Of a stretch of DNA of 64,000 nucleotides, positions 11,890 through 23,029 are shown in pieces. The stretch's first letter is position 1. Every line of letters starts with the position of its first letter. Source of the DNA: Schizosaccharomyces osmophilus (taxonomy: Eukaryota); NCBI RefSeq assembly GCF_027921745.1, contig NC_079240.1:310001-374000 (forward strand), read 5' to 3'. The position numbers were made by a program, and so were the translations under genes. The notes beneath the pieces were generated by a model. That model worked only from the letters and a program-made list of their open reading frames with translations, ran no database searches and was not told the DNA's origin.

Positions 11890-14728
11890 ATGGATATAGA
11901 CGAATTCAACGACCGGATCCTGAATCAAATTTCAGAAAAGGTATTTTTATAAAAGTATATGAAAAGATGAAAAGCAGAGAATAGGTGGATCCAAAAACAA
12001 ACAGTTGCTTATTTATTTTATTTTCAAGCAATGAAGCGTCCTAACATTGATATTCATAGAAGAGTGTTTTTCAAATGCGAATTTCTTTCCTTTTCAACGA
12101 TATTATTTTTTTCTAGTATTTTCTAACAGCATCTAGGCATGGAAAACCAGACTCACAGCGTATGAAGAACTATTTACGGTATTTACAAGGGCATCTGATG
12201 AGAATGACTCGTCCTTTCAGCCTTGGATCCAAGACCCCGGTTTATGGAAGCGCGGACTCTGCGATAGTAATGTTTCAACTCAGGAATGCGCACTAAAAGT
12301 TCTTTGTGTATTTTTAGATAAATCCCAAAGAAAGGGTATCTCCAGTTCAAAGCTGATTGTTATCCCTTCATTACTTGAAAAATGTCTTCCTTCAACAAGA
12401 CCGTCCATCAGAGACTTTACTCATCAGGCACTTTTACTTTTGGCCGGCGCTGGCGCTATGGATGCAGTTATAGATGGCCTTTTGAGTAGTTGTAAAGTGA
12501 AACACCCAAAACAAGCTATGGCTTCCATTAAAGAACTCTGTCTATTTATTGAAAAATACGGTATACCTACCATTCCTCCTTCTCATTTATATAAGCTTCT
12601 TCCTGGTTTGTTTGCTCAGTCAGATAAAAACGTACGTCAGGAAGCGTCGAAGCTTGCCGTTCAGGTTTACCGCTGGGTGGGTGATTCCCTTAAAGTAAAC
12701 TTGTTTCCTCAATTAAAACCCATACAAATATCCGATCTTGAGTCGCTCTTTCAATCAGCTCCTCCTTTAATTATAAAGCCGCCTGCATCGGCTAGCAATC
12801 GTTCATCTATTTCCGCTGCTGCAAAATCTCCTGTTTTAAACGAGAATGGTTCCTTGGATCAAAAAGCATCTGCACACCTTCCTATCCCAAACCCAAAGCT
12901 GGGCAGCGCTTCTGGGAATTCCCGTGCGATGAAACCGTCTTTAGCCATTCCTCATCCGTCTCGCTCTTCTGTTTCTCCCATAAAGCCATCATCTTTTGAT
13001 GCCCCAATTGACATTCTTTCTAAATTAACTCCAGAATTTTATAGTGCCTTGTCTTCGCCCAAGTGGAAGGACCGCAAAGAAGCTCTAGATAACCTTCACG
13101 AAGTATGTAAATATCCATGCTACCAAGAAGGGGATTACGATGAATTATTTCGAGTCATTGCTAAATCATTAAGAGACGCTAATGTCGTTGTGGTTGGAAC
13201 CGCCGGACAATTATTGATAGCTGTCTCAAATGCGCTGAAGAAAAAAGAAGTGCCTTACGTACCTGTCGTATTTCTTCCATTATTTGAAAGGTTTAAAGAG
13301 AGAAAGCCTTCATTAGTAAACGTTCTCTTTGGCGCGGCAAATGCAATGTTCGAAGCTTGTGGTTTTAATGAGCTCGCTGATCAAGCCTTGGAATTTTTGG
13401 GGCATAAAAATCCTCAAGTAAAGACAGAAACCTTGCATTGGTTTACTCACTGTCTTCAACGTATGGACTCATGTCCTCCAAAAGTTTCTCTGGAAATGTT
13501 GTGCAATCGGTGTTTGATTCTAGTTAATGATACATTTGAACCCGTTCGAACAGCAACAACGGAGGTACTCGCTACTCTTATGCAAATGTTTGGACAAGCA
13601 ATCCTATCCAAGTATATTGTCGGACTTGATCCGAAAAGGTTGCAAAAGGTGATTGAGCTTTCAGAAAATATTCAGGTACAAGCACATCCCAATCAACCTC
13701 CGAGACCGAAACTTCCTCGGGTAGCCTCTCCTTTAAAGCCATCTCCTGTGAAGCCAATTTTATCTCCCAACTTTACGTCTTCGCCTTTGGCTCCCGTGCA
13801 GGCAAATGTACCTGAAGAATCTCCGTCTCGCAGGTCTTCCCCTGTTAAGTCATTGTCTTCTAGTCTTCGTTCGCAAGCCATGAACCATAGAATAAGCAAC
13901 TCTGCTCTAAAACCGGTTCCCAATCCAGCGTTGATTGGCGCGATGAAGCAGACAAACGAAGTTTTGACGCCGACAGTGACGAAAAAGGTAGAATCGAATC
14001 GCTTGTCGACAAAGACCCAGCCAAGCCTGTTGATGAAATCCACAATAAAAGAGCACGTTTCTCCAACAAGCAAGCAAGCTAGTGTAAGTACGTCGAATCT
14101 AGTGACTATTACGTTGTCTGAAAAAATTGAGTTGGATCTTTTGAGGGAAGAGAAAGCCATCCGGCAAGTCCAGCAAACAGAGGATGCTCTGGAAAGAGAA
14201 CGATTATTCCGGGAAATTAATGATCTTCAAATTGCAAATGCTGAATTACGTGAACAGCTTGATAACTACCAAGGGATTATTAGTCAAAAAGATTCGAAGC
14301 TTGTATCCTTGCAAGAAGAAGTGAATCGGCTGAGCAATCGATTGCAGGAGGTCTTGTTGGAATTAGAGCACCGGCAAGAAACTGTGGATGAGAATTCCAT
14401 GGACATTGATTCCAAGGAAGTGGAAAATGCAATTAAAAGAGAAGACGAGCCAAGTTATCCCTATACTAGAAAAAGTCATTTTGGAAATTCAGAAGAACCT
14501 TCAAGAAGTATTCGGCGATCAACACTACTTCCGGTACGACAGTCGCTTGCAGGATCAATGTTACAAAAGCCCACGGCTTATTCGCGACCATCGCTTTTTT
14601 CTACTAGCAATGATCATTCTAATAGTTTTTCTTCACATTCCCCTTCAAAAAGTATGTCATCGTGGTCCGAGGGGACAGATATCTCTACGCATTTGTTGGA
14701 ACAAATTCAAAGGATGAAGCGAAGCTAA
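11890..14728 (+). CDS. dis1: TOG/XMAP215 microtubule polymerase Dis1, 2 exons (~880 aa)
   Basis: Exon 1 is 11890-11940 (MDIDEFNDRILNQISEK). Intron 11941-12136 reads GTATTT..CTAAC..TAG. Exon 2 starts at 12137 (AWKTRLTAYEEL). There are two TOG domains (WK.R motifs), an SP-rich region and a C-terminal coiled coil. Confidence 0.93.
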
Positions 14729-15381
14729 TTTTAAGAAACACTGGAAATCTTCGACACAAGCATTGAAAAGCGGTCTCAGCATGGGTTCTATTGGTTTATT
14801 GGTTTATTTTTTTCATTTTCATTTTCGCTTTAAGTTTTAGTTTTAGTTTTTTGTTTATTTTCTTTCTTTTTGCAGGCGTTCTTGCAGGAACATTCTTTTC
14901 CCCGAGGGAAACGAAGGAATTTTACTTTTTCATTAAAGATGACAAAAGCATGCATGGTTGGAGATACACAATGATTGTATTGTCTGGTAAAACATACACT
15001 TTACCGAATCATCGTTTCAAGATGTAATGAAAGGGAAAGTTGGTGTCATACCATTACGAGCGGAAACCAAGAAATAGTTAGCAAGGTGAAGGAAGAAAAT
15101 GAAGAGTCTATCTTCTATTTGTTGTGAATATCAGATGAACAAATAATTTGAAAACGATCCACTGAGCCCATGTAAAATGTCGGTCTCAGTTTCGTTGGTT
15201 CTCTCGAAGCCATTTTCAATTCTTCTGGCTAGCTATATCTTGGCCGCTAGACTTCCACATTTCTTACTGTCGTTTTGTTATATTTAAGCCAAGGCTATGA
15301 AGATTTTGAAAACCTCTATATGTTTATATTATTGTACGATTTGGAAAAACACTCGGAAGTTTATATATACGTAAATGGCTT

Positions 15382-15388
15382 ATGACGT
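15382..15388 (+). promoter_or_regulatory. CRE/M26 site ATGACGT (Atf1-Pcr1 type) in the pil1 promoter
   Basis: Exact ATGACGT about 350 nt upstream of the pil1 ATG, with TATA-like TATATAA near 15501. Function is inferred. Confidence 0.4.
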
Positions 15389-15735
15389 TTATGTTGACCT
15401 CATGAAATAATGAAATCGACGAAATTCGGATGAACGAGTGGTAAGCTTTGCTGCACTTTGGAACACTATCGATGATATCATTTTCCCTTCAACAAAAAGA
15501 TATATAAGCGCACTACCTCGTGATATTGCAACGAACGTTCGAAATACTTAAATAACTTAAAACCACTTTTGCTTTGGGGATCCAACATTTCACCTTCATT
15601 TAACTTTGGATTTCTGAATATCTCATACTGATCTTTTGTTTATTGTTGAATATACAACATATTGATTCCTTTCTTTGTTTGATACCATTAATATCCATTA
15701 ATCGTTTGAACTGATATTTATTTGGGATAGCGAAA

Positions 15736-16803
15736 ATGCAGCGTTCCTACTCTTTAAGAAATGCTCGTGCCCCTACGGCATCTCAGTTGGTGAACCCACC
15801 TCCTCCTGTTTCGAGTGCTCGTAATAGCCGTTCTTTTACTCCTTTCCGTCACTCCATGCGTATTCACCAAGCTGTGAACTTCTCCCCAGATTTGGCCAAG
15901 CGTTTAGCTGTTTTGGTGAAGATGGAGAAGAACGTCATGACCAGCATGGTCCAAGTCACTCGCGGTCGTCGCGACGCTGCTCGTCAATTGTCTTACTGGG
16001 GTGAAGACTGTGACGATGACATTAGTGACGTTACCGACAAGTTGGGAGTGTTGTTTTATGAAGTTGCCGAGTTGGAGAACTACTTGGTTGATCGTCACGA
16101 CCAATACCGGGTAACTTTGAAGTCCATTCGTAACATCGAGGCTTCTGTTCAACCTTCTCGTGAGAAGAAGCAAAAGCTTTTGGACCAAATCTACATGCTC
16201 AAGCACAAGGACCCTGAATCTCCTAGGTTGATCACAATGGAACAAGAACTTGTTCGTGAGGAAGCTGCTTGCTTGGTAGCCGAAGCTCAGCTTTCCAATA
16301 CCACCCGCGAAAAGTTTAAGCAAGCCATGGTTTACAACTTGGATGCTCTCCATGAGCACGCCGAGAAGCTTGGCTTGATTTCTGCTTATGGTCGTCACCT
16401 CTTGAACTTGATCGATGATACCCCTGTTACCCCAGGTGAGGCTCGTCCTGCTTATGATGGCTATGAAACTTCTCGCCAAATTGTCATGGATGCTGAGCAT
16501 TCTCTCAGCAGCTGGGTCCCCGCTAATCAAGCACCAGTGAGCTTCGCTAAGCCCCAGGAAGAAGATGTCCAAAGCGATGCTCGTTCCTGGAATGAGTACG
16601 AGGCTCAAGGTGAGCCTGTCCCAGTTCATCAAATGAATCACTTGAACGATGCTCAATCTGATACCAGTGAAATGGCTGAGAATGATCCCAACATGCATCC
16701 CCACGTTCGTGAAGAACGTATTGCTCGTATTGATTCCAATGCTACCAATGGTCACACAACTCTGCAATCTACTGACCAACAACCTGCTGTGCAAGTTGCT
16801 TAA
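15736..16803 (+). CDS. pil1: Eisosome BAR-domain protein Pil1
   Basis: MQRSYSLRNARAPTASQL N-terminus, DDDISDVTDKLGVL, EASVQPSR, EQELVR and LIDDTPVTPGEARPAYDG are Pil1/Lsp1 signatures. Codon bias is strongly of the high-expression type. Confidence 0.93.
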   Translation: MQRSYSLRNARAPTASQLVNPPPPVSSARNSRSFTPFRHSMRIHQAVNFSPDLAKRLAVLVKMEKNVMTSMVQVTRGRRDAARQLSYWGEDCDDDISDVTDKLGVLFYEVAELENYLVDRHDQYRVTLKSIRNIEASVQPSREKKQKLLDQIYMLKHKDPESPRLITMEQELVREEAACLVAEAQLSNTTREKFKQAMVYNLDALHEHAEKLGLISAYGRHLLNLIDDTPVTPGEARPAYDGYETSRQIVMDAEHSLSSWVPANQAPVSFAKPQEEDVQSDARSWNEYEAQGEPVPVHQMNHLNDAQSDTSEMAENDPNMHPHVREERIARIDSNATNGHTTLQSTDQQPAVQVA

Positions 16804-17748
16804 GCAAGCAGCTGGGAGAGTCTCAAAGAGAGAAAATACCATCATGGTCATGTTTGAGCTAAGTATGGAATGACTTCCTGTGCTGTTTCTAATTCAGTGT
16901 GACCTGCTTAAATTTATTATCGTAATGGCAGGGAGAACAAATTCCTGAAATGGATCGCTAATTAATACTTAAGCATGCTGACGATGCAACGGATTTTGTT
17001 GATAAAGTATTAAAGTTGAGATGAGCAAACATATTTAATACTTAATAAGCTAGTGTGCCTATGAGTGTTCTCCAAAATATGGTATTTACATTTTGAGGAT
17101 AATTCGTCACTAGATGGGAAATTTAATTAGTATTGCTCAATCCATCTGTATCCATAAAATTTTTTGGCAGCATGGAGGGCCAGCTATTTTTAATATTTAA
17201 ATTATTGATTGAGAGAAGTCGCAATAATGAAGTAGAACACTTTATTTGTAGGTGGAAGAAGAGTCCACACTGCTCGAGTGTCAAGCGAGGAAGGTAGAAG
17301 TATTCGTGTGGTCAGAGTAATAGACTAGAGCATGTAGGAAGAAAAACGGTTTTGAACAAGAACGTGGAGGTGGATGCATAGTGGAAACAAGTTCCTTTGG
17401 AAGGATGTGATTTGAAATAAATATATGAACAAGGTCGACTAGAAAAATTCATTGAACGAGCTCGTGATCGTTTGATAGACACAAGTTAAAAACTTACAAC
17501 GAATAAGAGAATAAATACATAATTGAATTACAATTTCTTCTGCATTAGCTATATTTCATGTTTTCTTACGAGAACTTTGAACTTAAAGCTTATATAACAT
17601 ACCGAACCATAACGAACAAAAGTATACTAGAAAGATAAAGAAACGCAAGGCAAAACCGCGACTTGTTCCTAAGGAATTTAGGCTTTAGTTAGCGAATACG
17701 CACAACTGCGTTACAATACAATAAGGAAATCAACAATTAAAACAGTAT

Positions 17749-17856
17749 ATGGAAACCGTTACGTCGCCGGAAGAGGATGGTGAAACTTACCTTCAGCCAA
17801 CATCCTCAAGTCCAGTTCAAAAGCGACGGAAATTGGACAGGATCAGGGCGGAATAA
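17749..17856 (+). other. 35-codon upstream ORF, in frame with the DUF1769 gene
   Basis: ATG 17749..TAA 17856 encodes METVTSPEEDGETYLQPTSSSPVQKRRKLDRIRAE. It is followed by CCC ATA ACA and then the main ATG at 17866 in the same frame. Translation is not demonstrated. Confidence 0.55.
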
Positions 17857-17865
17857 CCCATAACA

Positions 17866-20481
17866 ATGAAATTAAAGGTCAATGTAGGCTCAGACCCTGA
17901 GCACACACAAATTGCTTGGGTGAATCATGAAGGACGGCCAACAGAAGTAGATGGGCCATATTGGGTTGGTAGAATTTTGGTTCGAGTGCGCGACTTTGAC
18001 GGAGTCACTCCTGACGGTAGTCCTCCGAAACCAGATTCTATCTATTTTCGTGGCCGTTCAAGAAAGTTTCAAATCCAAGCCGAAGGTCGCTTTAAGAAAG
18101 AGTACACCGGCAATCAGGTCATATTTGGCACGCAGTTTGATCATATGATTTCTACATTTCCGGAAAGTACGTCAATAATAGTATAGTGCTGATAATGGAC
18201 ACCGTTTAGCTTGCTGTTGAGCACGGAATGAAAAGGGCAATAGCTAGTCGGATGTGACACCCATTATCCCGCTTATTTCCGATGGACGAAGAAAGGTTTA
18301 CTAACTCTATATAGGTGCTTTTCGTGCCGGCATGCGTATTGCCAAATATATCGATCCAGCCGTTTATTATGACAAATTTGCGAAATCACCTTACATTATG
18401 TCTCCGTATGTATTATATAAAAACAGAATTATCTTGTACACAAGGGAAAGAAGCAAAAATATGACTAAGGAAACATCGTGTATTCATAAAATACGATAAT
18501 TCGTGCCTAGTCTATTCATTTTTCTGTTTTTTTTTTTTTTTAATCTCTTATTTGGATGTTGAACTAACATTTTAGATTTGTTGCATGCGTCAACACACTA
18601 TCTGCTTGGCCAGCTCCTAGCCGTTTAGATGACGCTGTCATCTCGTTAGTGGAAGCCGACCCTCAGGAATCAGACACAGATACTTTACCGGAGCTGAGTG
18701 AATCTTTAGATGACGATCCTCAGACTCCCATATCCACGCCTGCTGAGTATCCGGTCAGCAGGTCAAATTTCAAAAAGAATACACCTCCCCCAATAACCGT
18801 TACCGGTACGCAACTCTCCCCTCCGAATACCAACGATCCTTCCAGGAAGGATCATGACAATCTAAGCTTGGTGTCGTCAGATTCTGGAAACACCACAGCT
18901 TATCAAAAAGGCCGCCATCGCTATTGGAGCTTTGCTGGTTTTAACAATAACACCAGGTTCTCACATCTTAACTTGGCTTCTCGCGCACCGGAAGTTAAGG
19001 AATCACGAAGTATACAACCAAATGAACATGAGTCATCTTTAGTAGACTCCATTGGTTCATCAGCGATTCGTGGATCCGGTGAAGACGCAGACAATGATGA
19101 TGATGAATTTGTTTTGCACCGGCCTATCACCAATCGTCACAAAAATTTCAGTGTTCATGTTCAGCAAGTGGGTCTTTTGCATAAACCGAGTTTAGATGGG
19201 GATGGTTATATTAATGAATTTTATGATGATGATAATTCTCTTGATGAAAATGAAGAGGATTTGCAACGCTATTTCACAGCTCTCGAAATGCAATCCGACA
19301 AAAAGCATACCAGAAAACAAAAAAATAAGGATCCTTTTCATCGGATTACACATCCGAATTTACATATCGGAAAAATATCTACCCCGAAAATTATAAAACG
19401 AATGTCTCTACGTTCGAAAAAAGGAGCCAAGAACTCCAAACAAGAATCTTCTTCCCAACCAGAGACACAACGTACTTCCATGTCTAGTATGTCTCCTCCA
19501 CCTGTTTCCAAAAACGAAAAGAAGATGTCTGCACCTCGTCGTTCGTTGGACAAGTTGATACGTATTGGTTCCTTACATAAGCACCATCATCATCATCAGA
19601 ATAAATCGGATCACCCTGAATCCGATCCTGGTGTTGATTTTTATAAAAATGAAAGCAGACACCATTTTGAATCAGCAGCTTTAAGAAATTCTCTGTCTAC
19701 CGATCGCCCTTCCTCGTCCCATTCTACTTTGACGTCTCCGGATAACTCCATTTGCTCTACCCCCAAAGTAAGTGGTGAAACGGGATCTTTACCCCCTCTG
19801 CACGAGGATACATCGCCAGGTGAAAACAATGGTACCAATTTTAATTCGGCTATTAAGGAGGAGCATGATAATCCTAGAAGCATTCCGGAAACCCCGTCTC
19901 TTGATACGCCATCTGATAAACATTTACAGGGCGGTAGTAATGCAAAGACTGATGATGCTGGCAATCACTTGAGTGTGCCGAAAAACCCGGTAAAGCCTGT
20001 CCCTTCGCGAACAGCGTCTAACCAATCAAAAATTCCAAAACCCTGTGTACACATTCCTTCTGAATCAAATTCTCTTGATCCCCAGCTTGGTCCTTTTAGA
20101 TTTGCCAATCCAAAAGTTGATCCAATTGAAGATAATTCTTTCATTTTTGGAGAACACAAATCTGTTAAAGATAGAAGGAAGTATTTTTCAAGTTCTGAGG
20201 ATAATAGAACGAATTTTTTCTACGATAAGGATGTTGTTTATTGCATGAGCTTCTTCTCTCCTCATATGGATTTTAATAGGTTCAACTTGAATATTGGACC
20301 GATTAAATTAAATGTTTACAGGCATCTTAATGCTGACGGCCATCAACCTATTCGATACATGATGCGAGAGACGGAAGATGAAAAATCAATTATGTTTGTT
20401 ATAGAATTTGATTTGGTAGAGGATGACGATGAGGATCTTTTAGCCCAACAAGCTGAAGAACGCGAACGGAGAATACATTAG
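17866..20481 (+). CDS. DUF1769-family protein (SPCC594.01-like), 3 exons (~765 aa)
   Basis: Exons are 17866-18166, 18315-18405 and 18576-20481. Introns are 18167-18314 (GTACGT..ACTAAC..TAG) and 18406-18575 (GTATGT..ACTAAC..TAG). Family motifs are GRILVRVRDF, YFRGRSRKFQIQAEGRFK, IDP, RRKYF and QPIRY. Confidence 0.85.
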
Positions 20482-21382
20482 CAAACATGATCGAATGTTG
20501 AATGGCTAAAGGTTATGAGTGTTTATTTATTATTAATGGTTTCTTTACCTATGTTAATTTATGTGATAAAACTGCAGTCATGTTCTTCGTCTCGACGATG
20601 AAGCCTTATCGTTTTCATGTATGCCGTCGTTTTTTCTGCTGTTAATAAACTTTAAGGTTTTTTTTGGGGGGCTTACGCACACCGCTATAATTGGATTGTT
20701 TGACTATGGCTTGTCATTATATCTGTTATGGAGTACGTATTCAAAAGTGGTCGGTTGCTGTTATATGTTTTCAGCCCCGGCTTATGAAATATAACACTTT
20801 TACCTTTTTCGGTCTTATAACTATTATAGCTTTCATTTATAATCAGTATACATTCCCTAAATTCAAACAATTTGAGTGCAGACACGTCAATATCTGTAAT
20901 GATTTTGCTTTTTAACTCGCGTTAAGGTCCGTTCATCTTGCGTTAGATGAGGCGGTTGTTATAAAAAAAAATTAAAAAAAAAAAAAAAAGTACATTTGAC
21001 TATGATTTTTCAACACCAATTTAACGGCTGGCAACTTATATACATGCGTTATAAATAATGAAATTTTGTCTCTAAATTCCAGTAAGGTTGTTTTACCTTT
21101 AAACTGACTAAATCGTACAAGCCTATGTCCGCTCATAAAAATACAAAATTTCAGACTGATTATTATAGTTAATACATTCATTTAAGACCATAAAAATAAA
21201 AGCGACCAAACAGTCAGTCTATAATAATAATAATACAGTTATCCCGCATTAATTTTGTAAGCTTGAAGCGTGAAATGTTGAGAATCCAAGTAAAGCAAAG
21301 TATTAAACTAAGTAATTATCCTTTTTCATATCCCCTTACCCAAAAAACCAATTTTTTACCAATTATGAGTATCAAATGTACA

Positions 21383-23029
21383 TTAGTTTGGCTTTTTAGT
21401 AGTTACGCTTGTGTCAGTTGAAGCAGAATCAGATAATTCATCTTCTTCATTGGCATCACCATTTACACTTGGTGTTGCCGAGTTCACAGCGGAAGAGGTT
21501 TGAGCGATACTAGGAGCTGTGACTAAAGAGAAACCATCATTATCAGAGCTATCATAACCACTGTTATAAGAACGTGATTGTATCGAGTCATTTCTGTGCA
21601 AATTTTCATTTACGAAAGTCGTACGGTGTACCATCTCAGGCGACATGGTCGATTCGATAGGTGATCCGAATTCAGTCGAGTGATCAAGAGAATTGTAAAG
21701 TCTTTCATCGTCTGGCTGAACAGCATGATTGGCTGGAGCAACTACCGAATTATCATACACAGTAGTCGTGTGAGTACTTAACATTGGATGAGGATGGCGA
21801 TCCGCAAATGACGAATCATGAGAAGCAAGTGGATCAGCCCTCGTCGTAGGTTTCGACGAGGGCATGTTCGTACTTTCAGGAGCTTCTGAAGTACCAGCTA
21901 ATCCCTCAGAAGAGGTGATCCCAGAATCATGTCTGGGACTAGGAGTAGGGAAGTGATTAATCAGAGAAGTAGGAGGAGCAGAAGAAGTAGGGGTGGTAGC
22001 GGTCTGCTCCGAATAAACATTATTTCCGGCAGAGGATGGAAACGTAGCATTAGCACCGCTACCACCATTAGTATCACTACCGCCATAAGCACTACCATTG
22101 GCACCGCTACCAGTACGAGCACCATCATAAGCACCAGCACCAGCACCACCAGCGGCAGCACCAACACCAACAGCAGAACCAATAGCAGAACTAGATGCAT
22201 TCCTTTGTGATTCCAAGTCTTTATTACCAGTGATTTGCTGTTGATTTTCTTCCAGATACCGGTAATGGCCGTACATGTACATATGCAAGAATGCAATCCA
22301 TGGTGTAAAAATAAAACCCAAGATACCACCAAATATAAGCTTAATCACTTGAGGAGCAGGATAGTTATTGTAAAAGTAGTCGTTACCGGAATGCTGTCCT
22401 GGTGCACATAGAATGCCAATCGCAGCAGGCCAAAGCAAAAACCACAAAGGAATAGACCAAAACAAAGCACGTAGGGCGGTAAAAGCCAACCACTCTATCC
22501 AACGGAAAAGTATAAAATGAAAGTTATATTTTGGTTTTGCACGCATGATTTCTCGCATAAAAGTATTTCTTGGAAACCGACCAAAATAAAGCGGCTTCAC
22601 GAGCCCTGAGCGTAAATCAGCCTGTACTAACGCAGATTCAATCCAGTAGGTAAGTACAGCTTGGACAAAGTTGGTAACTGCCAAGTCACCAGAAAGTGTA
22701 TCCGGAAGACGCCATAGACGAACACGGTCTATGGTGTTTTTATACATACCATAAGCTATAGCGAACTCTAAACCCCCAGATATGATAAATGAGCCAACCG
22801 CACACATCAGAAGATACAGTATGCGAGGTACGTGAAGGTTTTTGCGATTGAAAACCGTAGTAGGATCAGTTCTTAGATCCTCATCGTAGGCATCTTTGTG
22901 TAAAGCATGATGTTTCAGTTCTAAATCATCCGCGTTCTTTACACTGGAAGTTTCTTCTTGATCACTATTAGAAAAAATTCTCTTCCAAAAGCTAGCATTA
23001 AAAAAAGTAGCACTGGGAGGAGGAGCCAT
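21383..23029 (-). CDS. Conserved fungal multi-pass membrane protein with a long Gly/Ser/Thr-rich C-terminal tail (SPCC594.02c-like)
   Basis: 548-aa ORF with about 4 hydrophobic segments and the conserved-looking core FAIAYGMY..LWRLPDTLSGDLAVTNFVQ. Confidence 0.82.
   Translation of the reverse strand: MAPPPSATFFNASFWKRIFSNSDQEETSSVKNADDLELKHHALHKDAYDEDLRTDPTTVFNRKNLHVPRILYLLMCAVGSFIISGGLEFAIAYGMYKNTIDRVRLWRLPDTLSGDLAVTNFVQAVLTYWIESALVQADLRSGLVKPLYFGRFPRNTFMREIMRAKPKYNFHFILFRWIEWLAFTALRALFWSIPLWFLLWPAAIGILCAPGQHSGNDYFYNNYPAPQVIKLIFGGILGFIFTPWIAFLHMYMYGHYRYLEENQQQITGNKDLESQRNASSSAIGSAVGVGAAAGGAGAGAYDGARTGSGANGSAYGGSDTNGGSGANATFPSSAGNNVYSEQTATTPTSSAPPTSLINHFPTPSPRHDSGITSSEGLAGTSEAPESTNMPSSKPTTRADPLASHDSSFADRHPHPMLSTHTTTVYDNSVVAPANHAVQPDDERLYNSLDHSTEFGSPIESTMSPEMVHRTTFVNENLHRNDSIQSRSYNSGYDSSDNDGFSLVTAPSIAQTSSAVNSATPSVNGDANEEDELSDSASTDTSVTTKKPN
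22040..22190 (-). repeat. Degenerate GGT/GCT-rich coding repeat (Gly-Ala-Ser linker)
   Basis: Runs of agcacc/caccag/ctacc on the + strand encode GVGAAAGGAGAGAYDGARTGSGANGSAYGGSDTNGGSGAN. Confidence 0.6.

Noticed and set aside
15670..15680. TTTCTTTGTTT resembling a Ste11 TR-box before pil1
   Set aside because: A single copy, located downstream of the probable TATA in a T-rich leader. Insufficient evidence.
15904..16851. 315-aa antisense ORF over pil1; similar long antisense ORFs over cap1 and mdh1
   Set aside because: Mirror frame of a highly codon-biased gene (few TTA/CTA/TCA codons give few antisense stops). The translation has no protein-like motifs.
21929..22332. Alternative-frame ORFs rich in Thr/Ser or Val/Leu
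   Set aside because: Shadows of the Gly/Ala-rich coding repeat in the membrane protein gene.
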